Source of the DNA: Mobula hypostoma
Lineage: Eukaryota
Assembly (NCBI RefSeq): GCF_963921235.1
Contig: NC_086108.1
Coordinates: forward strand, 62,064,001 to 62,128,000
Length of the DNA: 64,000 bases
Reading direction: 5' to 3'
In this document: one piece after another, positions 62,929 to 64,000 of the stretch
Layout of the letters: each line of letters opens with the position of its first letter
How positions within the stretch are numbered: position 1 is the first letter of the stretch
Position numbers and translations under genes: made by a program
Notes under the pieces: generated by a model
The model's input: the letters and a program-made list of their open reading frames with translations, nothing else
Databases searched by the model: none
Told to the model about the DNA's origin: nothing

Positions 62929-64000
62929 CAACAGGAATTCTGCAGATGCTGGAAATTCAAGCAACACACATCAAAGTTGCTGGTGAACGCAGCAGGCCAG
63001 GCAGCATCAGTAGGAAGAGGTACAGTCGATGTTTCAGGCCGAGACCCTTCGTCAGGACTAACTGAAGGAAGAGTGAGTAAGGGATTTGAAAGTTGGAGGG
63101 GGAGGGGGAGATCCAAAATGATAGGAGAAGACAGGAGGGGGAGGGATAGAGCCAAGAGCTGGACAGGTGATAGGCAAAAGGGGATACGAGAGGATCATGG
63201 GATAGGAGGTCCGGGAAGAAAGACAAGGGGGGGGGGACCCAGAGGTTGGGCAAGAGGTATATTCAGAGGGACAGAGGGAGAAAAAGGAGAGTGAGAGAAA
63301 GAATGGGTGCATAAAAATAAGTAACAGATGGGGTACGAGGGGGAGGTGGGGCCTTAGCGGAAGTTAGAGAAGTCGATGTTCATGCCATCAGGTTGGAGGC
63401 TACCCAGACAGAATATAAGGTGTTGTTCCTCCAACCTGAGTGTGGCTTCATCTTTACAGTAGAGGAGGCCGTGGATAGACATGTCAGAATGGGAATGGGA
63501 TGTGGAATTAAAATGTGTGGCCACTGGGAGATCCTGCTTTCTCTGGCGGACAGAGTGTAGATGTTCAGCAAAGCGGTCTCCCAGTCTGCGTCGGGTCTCG
63601 CCAATATATAAAAGGCCTCATCGGGAGCACCGGACGCAGTATATCACCCCAGTCGACTCACAGGTCAAGGGTTGCCTCACCTGGAAGGCCTGTTTGGGGC
63701 CGTGAATGGTGGTAAGGGAGGAAGTGTAAGGGCATGTGTAGCACTTGTTCCGCTTACACGGATAAGTGCCAGGAGGGAGATCAGTGGGGAGGGATGGGGG
63801 GGACGAATGGACAAGGGAGTTGCATAGGGAGCGATCCCTGCGGAATGCAGAGAGAGGGGGGGAGGGAAAGATGTGCTTAGTGGTGGGATCCCATTGGAGG
63901 TGGCGGAAGTTACGGAGAATAATATGTTGGACCCGGAGGCTGGTGGGGTGGTAGGTGAGGACCAGGGGAACCCTATTCCTAGTGGGGTGGCAGGAGGATG
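62929..64000 (-). mobile_element. Young Penelope element running off the right edge (inside a MYSM1 intron)
   Basis: Highly similar to 10361-11400; GIY-YIG LLYIGETRRRLGDRFAEH; hammerhead at 63024-63059 with ACGU changed to ACAU. Confidence 0.92.

Noticed and set aside
54835..64000. Further upstream MYSM1 exons
   Set aside because: No convincing exon found by eye; probably beyond the right edge, though a short exon could have been missed.
1..64000. Prokaryotic systems (retron, DGR, group II intron) suggested by the many RT fragments
   Set aside because: RT motifs are those of eukaryotic CR1, Rex1, RTE and Penelope elements, and the host genes have spliceosomal introns.

Overview
Eukaryotic, repeat-rich vertebrate DNA. 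The CR1/Penelope/Rex repeat content suggests a cartilaginous fish such as a ray; that is inference. Two spliced genes lie on the minus strand. OMA1 (mitochondrial M48 zinc metalloprotease) has six coding exons, 35366 down to 311, all with GT-AG introns, giving 396 codons with HEMAH and the downstream Glu ligand; a probable non-coding exon 1/CpG promoter lies at ~38.2-38.45 kb and the last exons lie beyond the left edge. The last two coding exons of MYSM1 (54832-54775, 52899-52735) lie upstream of OMA1. Most of the rest is nested transposon debris: CR1, Rex1/Babar, RTE, L2, Tc1, hAT, Tigger-like elements, a tRNA-SINE, a solo LTR and probable Harbinger fossils. The most striking system is a Penelope-like (RT + GIY-YIG) retroelement family whose 3' repeat carries a minimal hammerhead ribozyme (AGUC-CUGANGA-A-GGGU-NUCG-GCCY-GAA-ACGU-C/GACU). 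It occurs as a near-full-length copy, 5'-truncated copies, copies with an inverted terminal repeat, ~200-bp fold-back mini-elements and a 109-bp ribozyme-only insertion, many with 8-15 bp target-site duplications. Some ribozyme copies are sense to the OMA1 pre-mRNA and possibly to a long MYSM1 3'UTR. Most ORFs in the supplied track are transposon fragments or antisense shadows. Repeat boundaries without a TSD are approximate.
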